Of a stretch of DNA of 64,000 bases, positions 13,925-26,500 are shown in pieces. The notes under the pieces were generated by a model. It worked only from the letters and a program-made list of their open reading frames with translations, made no database searches and was not told the DNA's origin. Each line of letters begins with the position of its first letter. Within the stretch, counting starts at the first letter, position 1. Origin of the DNA: Squalus acanthias (Eukaryota). The stretch spans positions 8,866,001-8,930,000 of the forward strand of contig CM059432.1 of NCBI GenBank assembly GCA_030390025.1, written 5' to 3'. The translations under genes were made by a program, and so were the position numbers.

Positions 13925-15450
13925 ACAAGAGTAAGGAAGTCTTGCTACAATTGTACAGGGCCTTGGTGAGACCACACCTGGAGTACTGGGCACAGTTTTG
14001 ATCTCCTTATCTGAGGAAGGATTTACTTGCCTTAGAGGCGGTACAACGAAGGTTCACTAGATTGATTCCTGGGATGAGAGGGTTGTCCTATGAGGAGAGA
14101 TTGAGTAGAATGGGCCTATAGTCTCTGGGGTTTAGAAGAATGAGAGGTGATCTCATTCAAACATATAAGATCCTGAGGGGGATTGACAGGGTAGATGCTG
14201 AGAGGTTGTTTCTCCTGGCTGGGGAGTCTAGAACTAGGGGGCATAGTCTCAGGATAAGGGGTCGGCCATTTAAGACTGAGATGAAGAGGAATTTCTTCAC
14301 TCAGAGGGTTGTGAATGCTGAGTCTTTGAGTATATTCAAGGCTGAGATGGATAGATTTTTGGACTCCAGGGGAATCAAGGGATATGGAGATAGTGCAGGA
14401 TAGTGAAGGTCGATGATCAGCCATGATCTTATTGAATGGCGGAGCAGGCTCGAGGGTTCTTACATGCAGACTTACCTGCAGGAGAGACAATTAGCAATTG
14501 GAGGTGGATTTCGAGCCTGACTTTGTTCCCTACCAGGGCTGGAAGGCTGGGGTCAATATAACTTCCTAGCTGCTGATCTGCTGAGATCATGCAAAGTTAG
14601 CACAGGTCAAGTAGTCGAATCTGGGCCCTCTCTGGTCTGTATGGCTCAGTTTCTCACCAGACTGTGCTTATCAAACAATCATCAGCGGATGGAAAAGCAT
14701 CATCTTACTGTGACAGCATAAAAAGAAAGACTTGCATTTCTACAGCGTCCTTCACAGCCTCAGGACGTCCCAAAGCGCTTTACAGCCAATGAAATACTTT
14801 TGAAGTGTTGTCACTGTTGTAATGCGGGAAACGCGGCATCCAATTGGCGCACAGCAAGCTCCCACAAACAGCAATGTGATACTGACCGGTTAAACTGTTT
14901 TTAACGATGTTGATTGAGGGATAAATATTGGTGAGGAAATCTACAAGACAGTACCTGACAAAACAGCCATGCAAGAGCTTTACCTAATGCAGAGGAGGTT
15001 TACTGAAATGGTGCCAGGGATGAGTGACTTCAGTTGCGTGGAGAGACTGGAATTGTTCACCTTAGAGCAGAGAAGGTTAAGGGGAGATTTAATGGAGGTG
15101 TTCAACATTATTATGGGTTTTGATAGAGTAAATAGGGAGAAACCGTTTCCACTGGCAGGGGGGTCGTTAACCAGAGGGCACAGATTTAAGATAATTGGCA
15201 AAAGAACCGGAGGCGAGATGAGGAGAAATTTTTTTTACGCAGCGAGTTGCGCTGCCTGAAAGGGTGGTGGAAGCAGAATCAATAGTAACTTTCAAAAGGG
15301 AGTTGGATAAGTATTTGAAAAGGGAAAATTTGCAGGGCTATGGGGAAAGAGCAGGGGGGGGGTGGGACTAATTGGGTCGCTCTTTCAAAGAGCCGGCACA
15401 GACACGATGGGCCGAATGGCCTCCTTCTGTGCTGTAAGATTCTATGATTC
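13925..15450. mobile_element. Two CR1 3' fragments (about 13925-14460 and 14985-15450, +) and a partial DeuSINE (14720-14930, -)
   Basis: ORFs 14140..14403 and 14969..15259; SINE tail. Confidence 0.8.
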
Positions 15451-15879
15451 TCTTTTTCTATGAGAGCGAAAACATCAAATTGAATATGACACGTAAATCC
15501 CAGCCTTAAAGATAATGCAAAGAAAGAGGACAAGCCTTTCTCTGGGGTAATTTAGTAATATAAATCGACGAATACTTGGCTGCTTCTATCTGCAACCAGA
15601 CAGCTTCCTGACATACCTACTGACCTCACGTGTTTACATTCCTAGCACTGCAGTGAATAGAAATACTGATCCGATGTAACAGTCCGAAAAGAAATAATCA
15701 CGGGAGAGTCAATGGAGAAAATCATTGCTGAAAGGTAGAAGTTTGCTGCAGTGATTCGGTTTTCGAGTCCCTAAATTGCTTATTTCTTCTCTGACTAATC
15801 TCCAAACAGGAGGCACGTTCATTGCACGTGCAAATACTTTAGCACAAGATGAATTGCCTCCTCGCCAGACTAGCTTTGT

Positions 15880-16283
15880 TTCTCCCCAATAAGCACTTGA
15901 TTCTTCTCCGAGAAGTTCCACTGGCACTCCGCTCAGCTTGGGCTGCCTGCGTTGTAATTAAAGTCCCTGACTGACCAGCAGGGGCTGATTCATGCGCGCG
16001 ACAAAAGTTCTCTTGTGTCTGTCAAGCACTTCCCACAGCCCACAAGAGCTGACAGTAAGCAGAACTAGCCTCCAGAAAGAAAGATTTCAAATAGGTGTTG
16101 TATCTAGAAGTTGTTTTTTTGGGAAGGTCTGGCTTTTTCAGCTGGGCAGCTTGTGCGAGTCGAAAGTTCTCCGTCGGAAACTCATCTACACAGAAAAGGA
16201 GCAAACTGCTTTCACCTGTGGTTGTACCCAGCGTGTGCTCCAAGCGTGTATTAGGGGGCACAGTCCCACACACACGATCCAAG
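15880..16283 (+). promoter_or_regulatory. Candidate promoter / non-coding first exon, possibly of the cadherin
   Basis: Repeat-free, CpG-containing stretch with CCAAT at 15886, ending in a strong donor CAAG|GTAAGC at 16283/16284; type II cadherins commonly have distant 5' UTR exons. Inference only. Confidence 0.3.
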
Positions 16284-16549
16284 GTAAGCTACTCTTCAAC
16301 GGTTTTTGACTTTCGCTGCGAATTAAACTTTGTATTTGCTCTCTGATGGCATTGCAAGTTTCATAATGAGGGCTCTCCATTTGTAATGTACATTGCTTGT
16401 TAATACCAGCGAAGGTTCAAAATGGCACAAACTTAATTTTCCAAATGCATTGATGATATATTATTTTTTAAGTTGACAAGCTTGCTGAGTGTATTTCAAG
16501 TATTTACACAGGTAATGCACCTAATTAATATTGACATGAATTTGGAAAA

Positions 16550-17435
16550 AAAAGACTTGCATTTCTATAGCGCCTTTCACGACCACCGGACATCCCAAAG
16601 CGCTTTACAGACAATGAAGTACAGGAAACTCTTTGATATCCGGCACCGACGGGACCGGGATGGTGCCGGTTGATTAAAAATTCCGGATAACGGTGAGGTA
16701 TATCTACCGAGGCTATTTTTAACAAACAAAAGTAAAAAAATCAAGAAATGTGCACTATAATAGGATACTCCTCTACAGAATCTTGTGTTAAATGGACTCG
16801 GACTCAGGACTCGGTAACATTTCCGGTTATTGAGGTGTTCGGATCGGAAGAGACTTCCGACAGCGGCAAGAAGCCGAGTAGTGGCAGTTTGGAGAACTAC
16901 CCCCGCTGACTAACTCGGCCACCGCGGGAGACTCGGACTCGGACTCGGACTCGGCAACATTTCCGGTTATTGAGGTGTTGTTTTTGGAGTATGAATTTTG
17001 CCGGTTATCAGAGAATTCCGGATATTTAGGTGCCGTTTAAATGAGAGTTTCCTGTACTTTTATAATGTAGGAAACGTGGCAATCAATTTGCGCACAGCAA
17101 GCTCCCACAAACAGCAATGAGGATAATAGCCAGATCACCTGTTTTAGTGATGTTGATTGAGGGATAAATATTGGCCCCAGGACACCGGGGATAGCTCCCC
17201 TGCTCTTCTTAGAAATAGTGCCATGGGATCTTTCACATCCACCTGACAGGGCAGACGGGGCCTCGGTTTAACATCTCAGCCGAAAGACGACACCTCTGAC
17301 CGTGCAGCACTCCCTCAGCACCGCACTGGGAGTGTCAGCCGAGATTTTTGTGCTCAAGTCTGTGGAGTGGGACTATGAACCCACAACCTTCTGACTCAGA
17401 GGCAAGAGTGCTGCCCACTGAGCCACGGCTGACAC
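16550..17435 (-). mobile_element. DeuSINE interrupted by a MITE
   Basis: Full SINE on the minus strand once 16622-17056 is removed. Confidence 0.8.
16622..17054. mobile_element. Tc1/mariner-pogo (Tigger-like) MITE inserted in a SINE
   Basis: TA|CAGGAAACTCT ... AGAGTTTCCTG|TA, splitting the SINE motif aatgaagta|ctttt; internal (GGACTC)n and a duplicated block. Confidence 0.8.
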
Positions 17436-18529
17436 TTTAGTTGATTACTAACCTGTAGTGATTGACCATAACACTGAGATTTGGACTTATCCACCAAACC
17501 TATCACATTAAACAGTATACGGGAAAATATAGTTGGGTAGAGTTTCTGCTCTGGGCACAATTCGGAAATTGCACCCAAAATGCGCTTGAAATTGCGCTGG
17601 TTAGATTACAGCTCAAGTTTCTGCTACAATTCATTTGCATAATCACAAACGTAAAATCTACCGTGAACCAGCACAATCGGACAGAGTAATAGAACATAAT
17701 CATTTCTTTTTTCTATCCATTTAAAAGTATTCCTTGATGTGTTTAAGAGCGGTAACCTGGTGCAGTTTTATTAACACAGCTGAAAATGGGTTTATCACCA
17801 AACTTAAGTCTTTTTAATAAGAGTCTCCAGTCCACCACCTGTGAGCAACTTGATTTAAAAAATCATTGAAAATTACTTTAAAAAAAACTATACTGAACCA
17901 CTTAATAGTTTCATTGGTGTGCACGAGTCAGTTTCTTACTAAATTAAATATTTTTTGACATGAAAGGACTTCCAAAACGTGCCGACTGGAGCCTGTGAGC
18001 CTCAGAAAGTGAGCGCAGTTTGAAGAGCCTTCCCGAACCAGCGCTATCAGTGGAATCTCGCAACGTTCACTGGGGGGGGGGGGGTTGGCCAGTTTTGTGG
18101 GCGGGGCCTGATCCGGGCGATTCGAACCTTGAACCAGCGGAAAAGATCGCGGAAAACACGAGCGTCAGTGGTTTTGGGCGTAACTCACTTACGTTTCAAA
18201 TTCCCCGCTCTTTTGCGCCGGTTCGGCTGATGGGGGCCCGTATTGCGCTGATATTAGTGGCGGAAACGAGTGGAATCTCGAGCCCAGCTTGCTTAGGATG
18301 TAGTTCTGCTGGTCATTTTGTCTTGTCCATCCACACAAGACAATATTTGTAACTTTTCTGAGTTCATTACTCACCACATTGGTGTTTATTTTCATTGTTA
18401 AAGATTTCTCTGAATAACGGTGCACATTATACTCCCAATGGACCGCCCCTAATTGCATTTTGATTTTCTGCTCTATCCACGTCTCAAATATCAAATTTAC
18501 AATTTCAAAATCAAATCTATTGGTAGCTC

Positions 18530-19560
18530 AGACAACAGCAACAACTTGTATTTATATTGTGCCTTTAACGTAGTAAAACGTCCCAAGGCGCTTCAGAGGA
18601 GTTATTATCAGACAGATTTGACACCGAGCCACATAAGGAGATATTAGGACAGGTGACCAAAAGCTTGGTCAAAGAGGTAGGTTTTAAGGAGCGTCTTAAA
18701 GGAGGAGAGAGAGGTAGAGAGGCGGAGAGGTTTAGGCAGGGAATTCCAGAGCTTAGGGCCTCGACAACAGAAGGCACGGCCACCAATGGTTGAGCGATTA
18801 TAATCAGGGATGCTCAAGGTGCCAGAATTGGAGGAGCGCAGATATCTCGGGGGTGGGTTGTGGGGCTGGAGGAGATTACAGAGATAGGGAGGGGGGAGAG
18901 GCCATGGAGGGATTGGAAAACAAGGATGAGAATTTTAAAATCGAGGCGTTGCTTAACCGGGAGCCAATGTAGGTCAGCGAGCACAGGGGTGATGGGCGAA
19001 CAGGACTCGGTGCAAGTTAGGACACGGGCAGCAGAGTTTTGGATGACCTCAAGTTTACAGAACGTGGAACAGGGGAGGCTGGCCAGGAGTGCTTTGGAAT
19101 AGTCAAGTCTAGAGGTAACAATGGCATTGATGAGGGTTTCAGCAGCGGATGAGGTGAGGTGGGGTGGAGTTGGACAATGTTATGGAGGTGGAAATAGGCG
19201 GTCTTAATGATGGCGCTGATATGTGGTCGGAAGCTCATCTCAGAATCAAATATGACACCACGGTTGTGAACAGTCTGGTTCAGCCTCAGATAGTTGCCGG
19301 GGAGAGGGATGGAGTCAGTGGCTAGGGAACGGAGTTTGTGGCGGGGACCGAAGACAATGACTTCAGTCATCCCAATATTTAGTTGGAGGAAATTTCTGCT
19401 CATCCAATACTGGATGTCAGACAAGCAGTGTGACAATTTAAAGACAGTGGAGGGGTCGAGAGAGGTAGAGCCGGGTGTCGTCAGCATACATCTGGAAACT
19501 GGCACTGTGTTTTCAGATGATGTCGTCGAGGGGGCGTATGTAGACATGCGGGACACCAGA
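18530..19560 (-). mobile_element. L2 LINE 3' fragment (RT C-terminus)
   Basis: ORF 19017..19592: CLSDIQYWMSRNFLQLNIGMTEVIVFG...GVIFDSEMSFRPHI, typical of L2. Shorter L2 tails at about 22708-23075, 29835-30345, 30495-30690 (-), 33615-34280 (+), 50400-50500 (-). Confidence 0.88.
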
Positions 19561-19924
19561 GGTAACGGTGCGGGAGCAGGAAGAGAAACCATTGCAGGTT
19601 TTTGCTGGCCATTGCAGACATTTATATTTGGAGCACAACTCAGGCATTCAACACAGAGCCTGTTTATGCAACAATTAAATGCAAGACAACAACAGGATTA
19701 TACCTTACGACCCTTTCCCTTTACCCTCACCTTAAAGTAAGTCTCTCAGACATCAGCATTTTAGCAGTGCTAACCTGGTCATTTGACCAGGATTTCCAAA
19801 GATACAATTCAACAAAATGTTTGGAACCAAGTTGATTATTTTTTAAGGTAACACAGAGTAGCTGACGGTACCTCGTTAGTGGAAGTTTGGTGTAAAGATT
19901 TTATTTTGATGGAGAACTGAGTTA

Positions 19925-20370
19925 TTTTTTTAATTCGTTCCTGGGATGTGGGCGTCGCTGGCAAGGCCAGAATTTATTGGCCATCCCTAATTGCCCTTGA
20001 GAAGGTGGTGGTGAGCCGTCTACTTGAACCGCTGCAGTCCGTGACTTGTTTGTAGAGGTTTGATACAACTGAGTGACTTACTGGGCCATGTCAGAGGGCA
20101 GTTAAGAGTCAACCACATTGCTGTGGGTCTGGAGTCACATATAGGCCAGACCAGGTAAGGATGGCAGATTTTCCTTCCCCAAAGGACATAAGTGAACCAG
20201 ATGGGCTTTTACAACAATCCGGTAGTTTCATAGTTGTCATTCAGATTTTTTTAATTAACTGAATTTAAATTCCCCAGCTGCCGTGGTGGGATTTGAACTC
20301 ACGTCTCCGGATCATTAGTCCAGGCCTCTGGATTACTAGTCCAGTAACAGAAACGCTATGCTACCATTCC
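19925..20370 (-). mobile_element. Second tRNA-derived SINE family sharing its 3' tail with the poly(A) LINE
   Basis: Minus strand head TGGTAGCATAGCG...GAGTTCAAATCCC, tail CACCACCACCTTCTCAAGGGCAA...GACGCCCACATCCC. Other copies at about 34345-34635 and 53150-54258 (split by CR1). Confidence 0.7.
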
Positions 20371-20444
20371 AGATATTGTGGCATCGATATGACATATGCA
20401 GCTAGAGGAGTAACGATACTCAGAATCCATTTCATAGAATTATA

Positions 20445-21066
20445 GGGCTGAATTTTAACTCCAAAAAATGGGTGGGTTGGGGTCGAGTCAGACGTTCAAA
20501 TTTTAAAACCCTGAAACCCGATTCCAACCCGCCCACTTCCGGGTTTAACGGAGGCGGGACAAGGGGGCGGGGAGCTAACCCGCTCCAGGAGGCGGATTGG
20601 CAATTTAAATATTTTATTGAGGCTGGCAGCCTCTGAGTTAACCTGCTTTGCAGGTTTAACCCTGGCCGGCCGGATTTCCCAGGCCTCGGGAAACCCGGCA
20701 GCTGAAGGGAGGTGAGGACGGCTTCGGGGAGAAGGTAATTGTCTTTACAGCACTGCTTGTGGGCCAGGAGGAGCAGGAGAGTTTCCTCCCGGCCTCCCAG
20801 GCGTCCTTCCCACCAGACCCCACCCCCCCACCATAGAAAACCCACCGAGGTCGTGGATCGGGCCGACCTGCTCCTGCAGCCTGCACTTGAGTCCTCCCCG
20901 CCCGACTGGACGCCAAACCTGTCAATCAAGCTGGGGAATCTGTCAAGTACAAAAACACGCACTCTGTGGAGTTTTAACTTTCGGGTTTCCCGTCCGACAC
21001 TCCACCCCCCCCCCCCCACCCCCGCTCCACCGACCTACATAACCTGCCCCTGTTAATATCCAGGCC
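20445..21066. mobile_element. Harbinger-type MITE
   Basis: TIR GGGCTGAATTTTAAC / GTTAATATCCAGGCC, 3-bp TSD ata. Confidence 0.7.
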
Positions 21067-21970
21067 ATAGAATCATAGAATAGCACAGCACAGGCGAAGG
21101 CCATTCGGTCCATTGATTCTGCGCCGGCTCTTTCGAAGAGCAATCCAGTTAGTCATAGAAACATAGACATAGAAACATAGAAGATAGGAGCAGGAGTAGG
21201 CCATTCGGCCCCTCGAGCCTGCTCCGCCATTCGATGAGATCATGGCTGATCATCTAAACTCAGTACCCTGTACCTGCCTTCTCCCCATATCCCTTGATAC
21301 CTTTAGCTTTAAGAAATATATCTAACTCATCCTTGAATATAGTTAATGACTTCGCCTCAACTACCTTCTGTGGTAGAGAATTCCACAGGTTCACCACTCT
21401 CTGGGTGAAGAAATTCTTCCTCATTTCTGTCCTAAATGGTTTACCCGTTATCCGTAGATTATGACCCCTGGTTCTGGACTCTCCAACCATCGGGAACATT
21501 CTTCCTGCATCTAGTTTGTCCAGACCAGTCAGAATTTTATATGTTTCGATGAGATCCCCTCTCATTCTTCTATACTCCAGTGAGTATAAGCCCAATCGAC
21601 CCAATCTCTCCTCATACGTCATTCCTGCCATCCCAGGTATCAGCCTGGTGAATCTTCGCTGAACTCCTTCCATGGCAAGAACATCCTTCCTCAGATAAGG
21701 CGACCAAAACTGCACACAGTACTCAAGGTGTGGTCTCACCAAGGCCCACTCCCTCCGCTCTTTCGCCATTTCCCTGCAATTTTTTCTCTCTCAAGTATTT
21801 ATCGAATTTCCTTTTGAAGGAGACTTGAATCTGTATCCACCGCCCGATCAGGCAGCGCATTTCAAATCCTAACCACTCGTTACATAAAAAAGTTTTTCCT
21901 CGTGTCGCCTCTGGTTCATTTGCCAACCACCTTAAATCTGTGCCCTCTGGTTATCGACCCTTCAGCCAAT
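21067..21970 (-). mobile_element. Nested CR1 3' fragments
   Basis: ORF 21260..21769 inside another CR1 subfamily tail. Confidence 0.85.
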
Positions 21971-22083
21971 TTGAAGAATAGAATTGATTCTTTGGGGTTT
22001 GCTAGAGAATTCAACCCTAACCCTAATGCAGATCTTTACCAGTTGGTCCAAAGTGACTCAATTTGGTTCAATTTGAATACAAG

Positions 22084-22664
22084 GGCCTTGATTTTAGCTG
22101 GGGGGGGGGGGCGGGGGGAAGGGTGTGGTGGGGGGGGGGGGGAAGGGTGTGGGGACTGGGAACGGTGCGAGGGAGCCCGGTAGTGAGGGGACGAACCCAG
22201 CAAGGCTGGGGATGTGGAGGCCCTGTCCACCTGAACTGCGATTGGGAAGGGGGTGGGGAGGGAGACTCTGTCAAAGATTGGGAGGGGTGGGGGTAGCTCA
22301 GTGCAAGGAAGGCCCAAGGCTTCCGTGTATGGCCTGAAGGATCTCCCTCGCCCCCTTTGGCCCACAAGGAAGCCAAATATAAGACATTTACACTGACCTT
22401 CTGAGTCTCTTCTGGCCCAGGATCCAGCTCACGGCAGGTTTGCCCTGATGGGGGCACCAGCACCGCTCAGGCCTTCAATCTAAAATTGGAGATCGGGTCT
22501 ACATATTTAAAGCAGGACCCTGCTTCCTTCCTGAGGGTGTCCCGCTCGCCTGCTCAAATGGCGGGAAGGCAGCGGGATCGGAGGGGGTGTAAGTGACTCG
22601 CCTTATTTTAACCCCCTCAACTCCGCCCGTCTTATGCCAGGTGGGGGCAGTTAAAATCAGGGCC
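22084..22664. mobile_element. Harbinger-type MITE
   Basis: TIR GGCCTTGATTTTAGC / GTTAAAATCAGGGCC. Confidence 0.6.
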
Positions 22665-23367
22665 TACTGAGGCCTCATAGATGCAAATAAGCCATGACCA
22701 TAAAGACATAACAACAACAACAACAGCTTGGATTTATATGGCGCTTTTAATGTAGTAAAACCTCCCAAGGCGCTTCACAGGAGCGATTATCAAACAAAAT
22801 TTGACACCGAGCCACATAAGTTGAAATTAGGGCAGGTGACCAAAAGCTTGGTCAAAGAGGTAGGTTTTAAGGAGCATCTTAAAGGAGGAAAGAGAGGTAG
22901 AGAGGCGGAGGGGTTTAGGGAAGGAATTCCAGAGCTTACGGCCTCAGCAGCTGAAGGCACGGCCGCCAGTGGTGGAGCGATTAAAATCGGGGATGCACAA
23001 GAGGCCAGGATTAGAGGAGTGCAGAGATCTCGGAGAGTTGTAGGGCTGGAGGAGGTTACTGAGATAGGGAGGGGCAGTTTCAATATTAAAATAATTTTTA
23101 AAACTGCAGAGGCATCCAGTGAAAGAGCAACTTTAAACATCCATGCTGCTGTCTTGTGAGGCAGGTAACACTTTGATGGAAGTGGATCGTCACCACTCCA
23201 GGTATGGAACACAAAACATGGTCGCTGAAAGATGGGAGCAGTAATGTGGTGCAATTATGTCAAAAGTACTCGCTTAAATAAAACATTCTGTTCACCTCAC
23301 TTTGTTACCATGTTCCAGGAACTGTGTTGAAACGGCTGCTGCAGGCAAGCTGTTCTGTTACAATACT

Positions 23368-23537
23368 GGGGGCAATTTTAACCTAACTTAGGAAACTGAC
23401 GAGAAATGGTTTTGTACCCCGGCCGACTTTACTCTCCATCAAGTCAATCGAGAACAATATTGGGCGGAGTGTAAAACCGGCGTTCCACCCGATCCCATGG
23501 GTTTCACGCCCCGGAGACTCAGGTTAAAATTAACCCC
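23368..23537. mobile_element. Short MITE
   Basis: TIR GGGGCAATTTTAACCT / AGGTTAAAATTAACCCC. Confidence 0.55.
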
Positions 23538-23977
23538 TAGGTGAGTGAGGTTACCAAAGGGTCGCTTTGCTCACTGGCATGACTCTGTGCTTCTTAAGTT
23601 GGGAATTCCCGATGACAATCGGGACGAGACTTTAAGATGTCTTTCTCCAACTGCCAAGTGTCACGTCCCAATAAGTGGCTGATAGTTTAGAGTACAAGAG
23701 AACATGCAGTTCTCAGGTGAGCTATTACATGGGACTTCTTGGGGTAGTAATTGGGATGCGTTGCTCCCCCCCCCCCCCACCGATTTCCAGATGTAAAACA
23801 GGTGCAAAACACATCAATTTTGCAGTGGGCCCAATCTACACGGGCATTGGTCTAAATTGGTGGGGCCCATTTTTTTTTAGTCGTCCCGGGCAGTTGCCTG
23901 AAACAGGAGTTAGGCCCCTTGAATATATAAATTATGTGTCATTTTGATTAGGAATGTCATTACAATCCAGCTGAATC

Positions 23978-24473
23978 CTGTGAACCTGCCGCCACAAGCC
24001 TTTCCCCGATGTTGGGTCTGTCAGCACTGAGGCAGGAGTTCAGTGGCCATTGAACCTGCCGTTGAGTTGACAGCATCAAATTTTTTAAAAATTCGTTCAT
24101 GGGATGTGGGCGTCACTGGCAAGGCCAACATTTATTGCCCATCCCTAGTTGCCCTTGAGAAGGTGGTGGTGAGCCGCCTTCTTGAACCGCTGCAGTCCGT
24201 GTGGTGAAAGCACTCCCACAGTGCTGTTAGGGAGGGAGTTCCAGGATTTTGACCCAGCGACGATGAAGGAACGGCAATGTATTTCCAAGTCAGGATGGTG
24301 TGTGACTTGGAGGAGGAATTTGGGTGCAATGTAAAAGCTCCCACTTCCAGAGATATCTTCCCTCAGCCACAAGCTCTTCCTCGCTGCATTTCCACAACAG
24401 GTTCACCATGCTGCAAGTCTTTACACAAGTCTCCATCCAGTCTGATCTCATTACCTCTCTCACCATTGACAGA
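23978..24473 (+). repeat. Local direct duplication, partner at 26977-27463
   Basis: Near-identical composite (Harbinger-derived sequence with nested LINE tail, same junctions). Confidence 0.9.
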
Positions 24474-24546
24474 AAAAAATCACCAGCTTCTTAATTCGAA
24501 TGCATATCGGAACGCATTCGAATTAAGAAGCTGGTGATTTTTTTCT
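24471..24546. repeat. Perfect inverted repeat, 33-bp arms, 10-nt spacer
   Basis: agaaaaaaatcaccagcttcttaattcgaatgc (24471-24503) is the exact reverse complement of 24514-24546. Confidence 0.95.
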
Positions 24547-24821
24547 CTCCTGCCCTTGCCCAGGGGCGCTGAGAGCAATTGTATCAGCTCCGCCCATCAC
24601 TTAATCTGAGATCAGCTAAGGTAGACCAGAGATTGAAGCTAGGATCTTGCTGGACTGCATGGCATTTACCTGAAAATGTTCCACTTTTAGCGCCCAGTAA
24701 TAGCATCAATCACCAGGCACTCTGTGGTCAGGTCTAGACCCAAGGGAAGACCATCGCTCCATCTACCCTAAGGTATATTTACACTTTGCCAGTCTGGTGT
24801 TAAACTGGTGTTGGAAATCAA

Positions 24822-25448
24822 GGGCTGGATTTTCATTGACCTGTGGAGGCGGGTTTGGAGGCGTGTGGGGGGTTAAAATTGCGAAAACTGGCGGGTGGGC
24901 ACAAGCCCGCCTCCATCCCATCTCCACGCAATTTTCATGAAATCGTGTCTGCTGGTCCCGACTCCGTCCCGCCTTTAAGAAGCGGGATAGGCTGTTAAGG
25001 CCCTTAACAAGCACTAAATTGGCTCTATAATGCCATTTTGAAAGGCCTTTGTGATTTTAACCCTTGTTCTATGTGAAGCACGCCTGTTCTGAACCATGAT
25101 TGTGAAACCTGGCTGGAGCACATTTGGCTGGATCTCTCTCTCTCTCTCTCTCTCTCTCTATGTGGTGGTGTAAAAATATCTGGGAGCAGACTTAGGGCTG
25201 CTGCTGCTCATTTTGCATCCAGGTCCTCTCACAGCAAAGGCCAGGCAGTGTTTGAAGACCTTCAATACAGCAGCAATGATGACATCATCAGAGGCGACTT
25301 TCAGACTGAAAACACTAATTGGTTCATGGGTTCCCACATGCTGGAACTCAATTGCCCAATTAGGTGAAAATTGCATCAATCTCCCACATCCAATTGCAGT
25401 CGGGTGGATAACACGACCCCAACCCGCCCCAGTATCAAAATCCAGCCC
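24822..25448. mobile_element. Harbinger-type MITE
   Basis: Perfect 12-bp TIR GGGCTGGATTTT / AAAATCCAGCCC, 3-bp TSD caa; internal (CT)n at about 25133-25158. Confidence 0.75.
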
Positions 25449-25494
25449 CAACTGTCCGTTATAGAACCCAACCAATTATAAAAGAAGGAAGAAC

Positions 25495-26500
25495 TTATAA
25501 GAACATAAGAAATAGGAGCAGGAGTAGGCCATTCGGCCCTTTGAGCCTGCTCTGCCATTCAATAAGATCATGGCTGATCTTCTGCCTCAACTCCATTCAC
25601 CGGCCCTATCGCCATATCCCTTAATGCCCTTACTAGTCAGAAATCTATCGACTTCTGTTTCGAATATACCCAATGACTGAGCCTCCACAGCCCTCTGGGG
25701 TAGAGAATTCCAAAGATTCACCACCCTCTGTGTGAAGAAATTTCTTCTCATCTCAGTCCTGAATGGCCTACCCTTTATCCTGAGGCTATGGCCCCTGGTT
25801 CTAGACTTCCCAGCCAAGGGAAACATTCTCCCAGCATCCACCCTATCAAGCCCTGTAATAATTTTGTATGCTTCAATGAGATCCCCTCTCATTCTTCTGA
25901 ATTCAAGAGAATACAGGCCTAGTTTACTCAATCTCTTCTCATACGACAGTCCCGCCATCCCAGGAATTAATCTCGTGAACCTTCGTTGCACTCCCTCTAT
26001 GGCAAGTATATCCTTCCTCAGGTAAGGAGACCAAAATTGTACACAGTACTCCAGGTGTGGTCTCACCAAGGCCCTATATAATTGGAGTAAGACTTGCATT
26101 TATATAGCGCCTTTCACGACGTCAGGATGTCCCAAAGCGCTTTACAGGCAATGAAGTACTTTTTGGAAGTGTAGTCACTGTTGTAATATGTAGGAAACGC
26201 GGCAAGCTCCCGCAAACAGCAATGAGATGATAACCAGATAATCTGGGGGTTTTTTTTAAGTGATAAATATTGGCCAGAAAAGCTTGGAGAGCTCCCCTGC
26301 TCTTCATGGCAGAACAGTGCCATGGGAGCTTATACATCCAACTGAGAGGGCAGACAGGGCCTCGGTTTAACGTCTCATCCAAAAGATGGCACCTCCGACA
26401 GTGCAGCACTCCCTCGAAGTGATTTTTGTGCTCAACTCTCTGGAGTGGGACTTGAACCCAGAACTTTCTGACTCTGGTGCTGTCCACTAAGCCATGCTTG
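25495..26500 (-). mobile_element. CR1 3' fragment (to about 26095) abutting a DeuSINE
   Basis: ORF 25587..26099 (LVRPHLEYCVQFWSP); SINE sequence 26092-26500. Confidence 0.85.

Noticed and set aside
16790..16980. CRISPR-like repeat/spacer pattern
   Set aside because: Only two copies inside a MITE in eukaryotic DNA; no cas genes.
17535..18472. Possible ~940-bp MITE
   Set aside because: Termini too degenerate to define TIR or TSD by eye.
20432..22463. Gly/Pro-rich ORFs of 100-200 aa (also 55917..56522)
   Set aside because: Arise from GC-rich MITEs and poly-G/C runs; no domain motifs or splice support.
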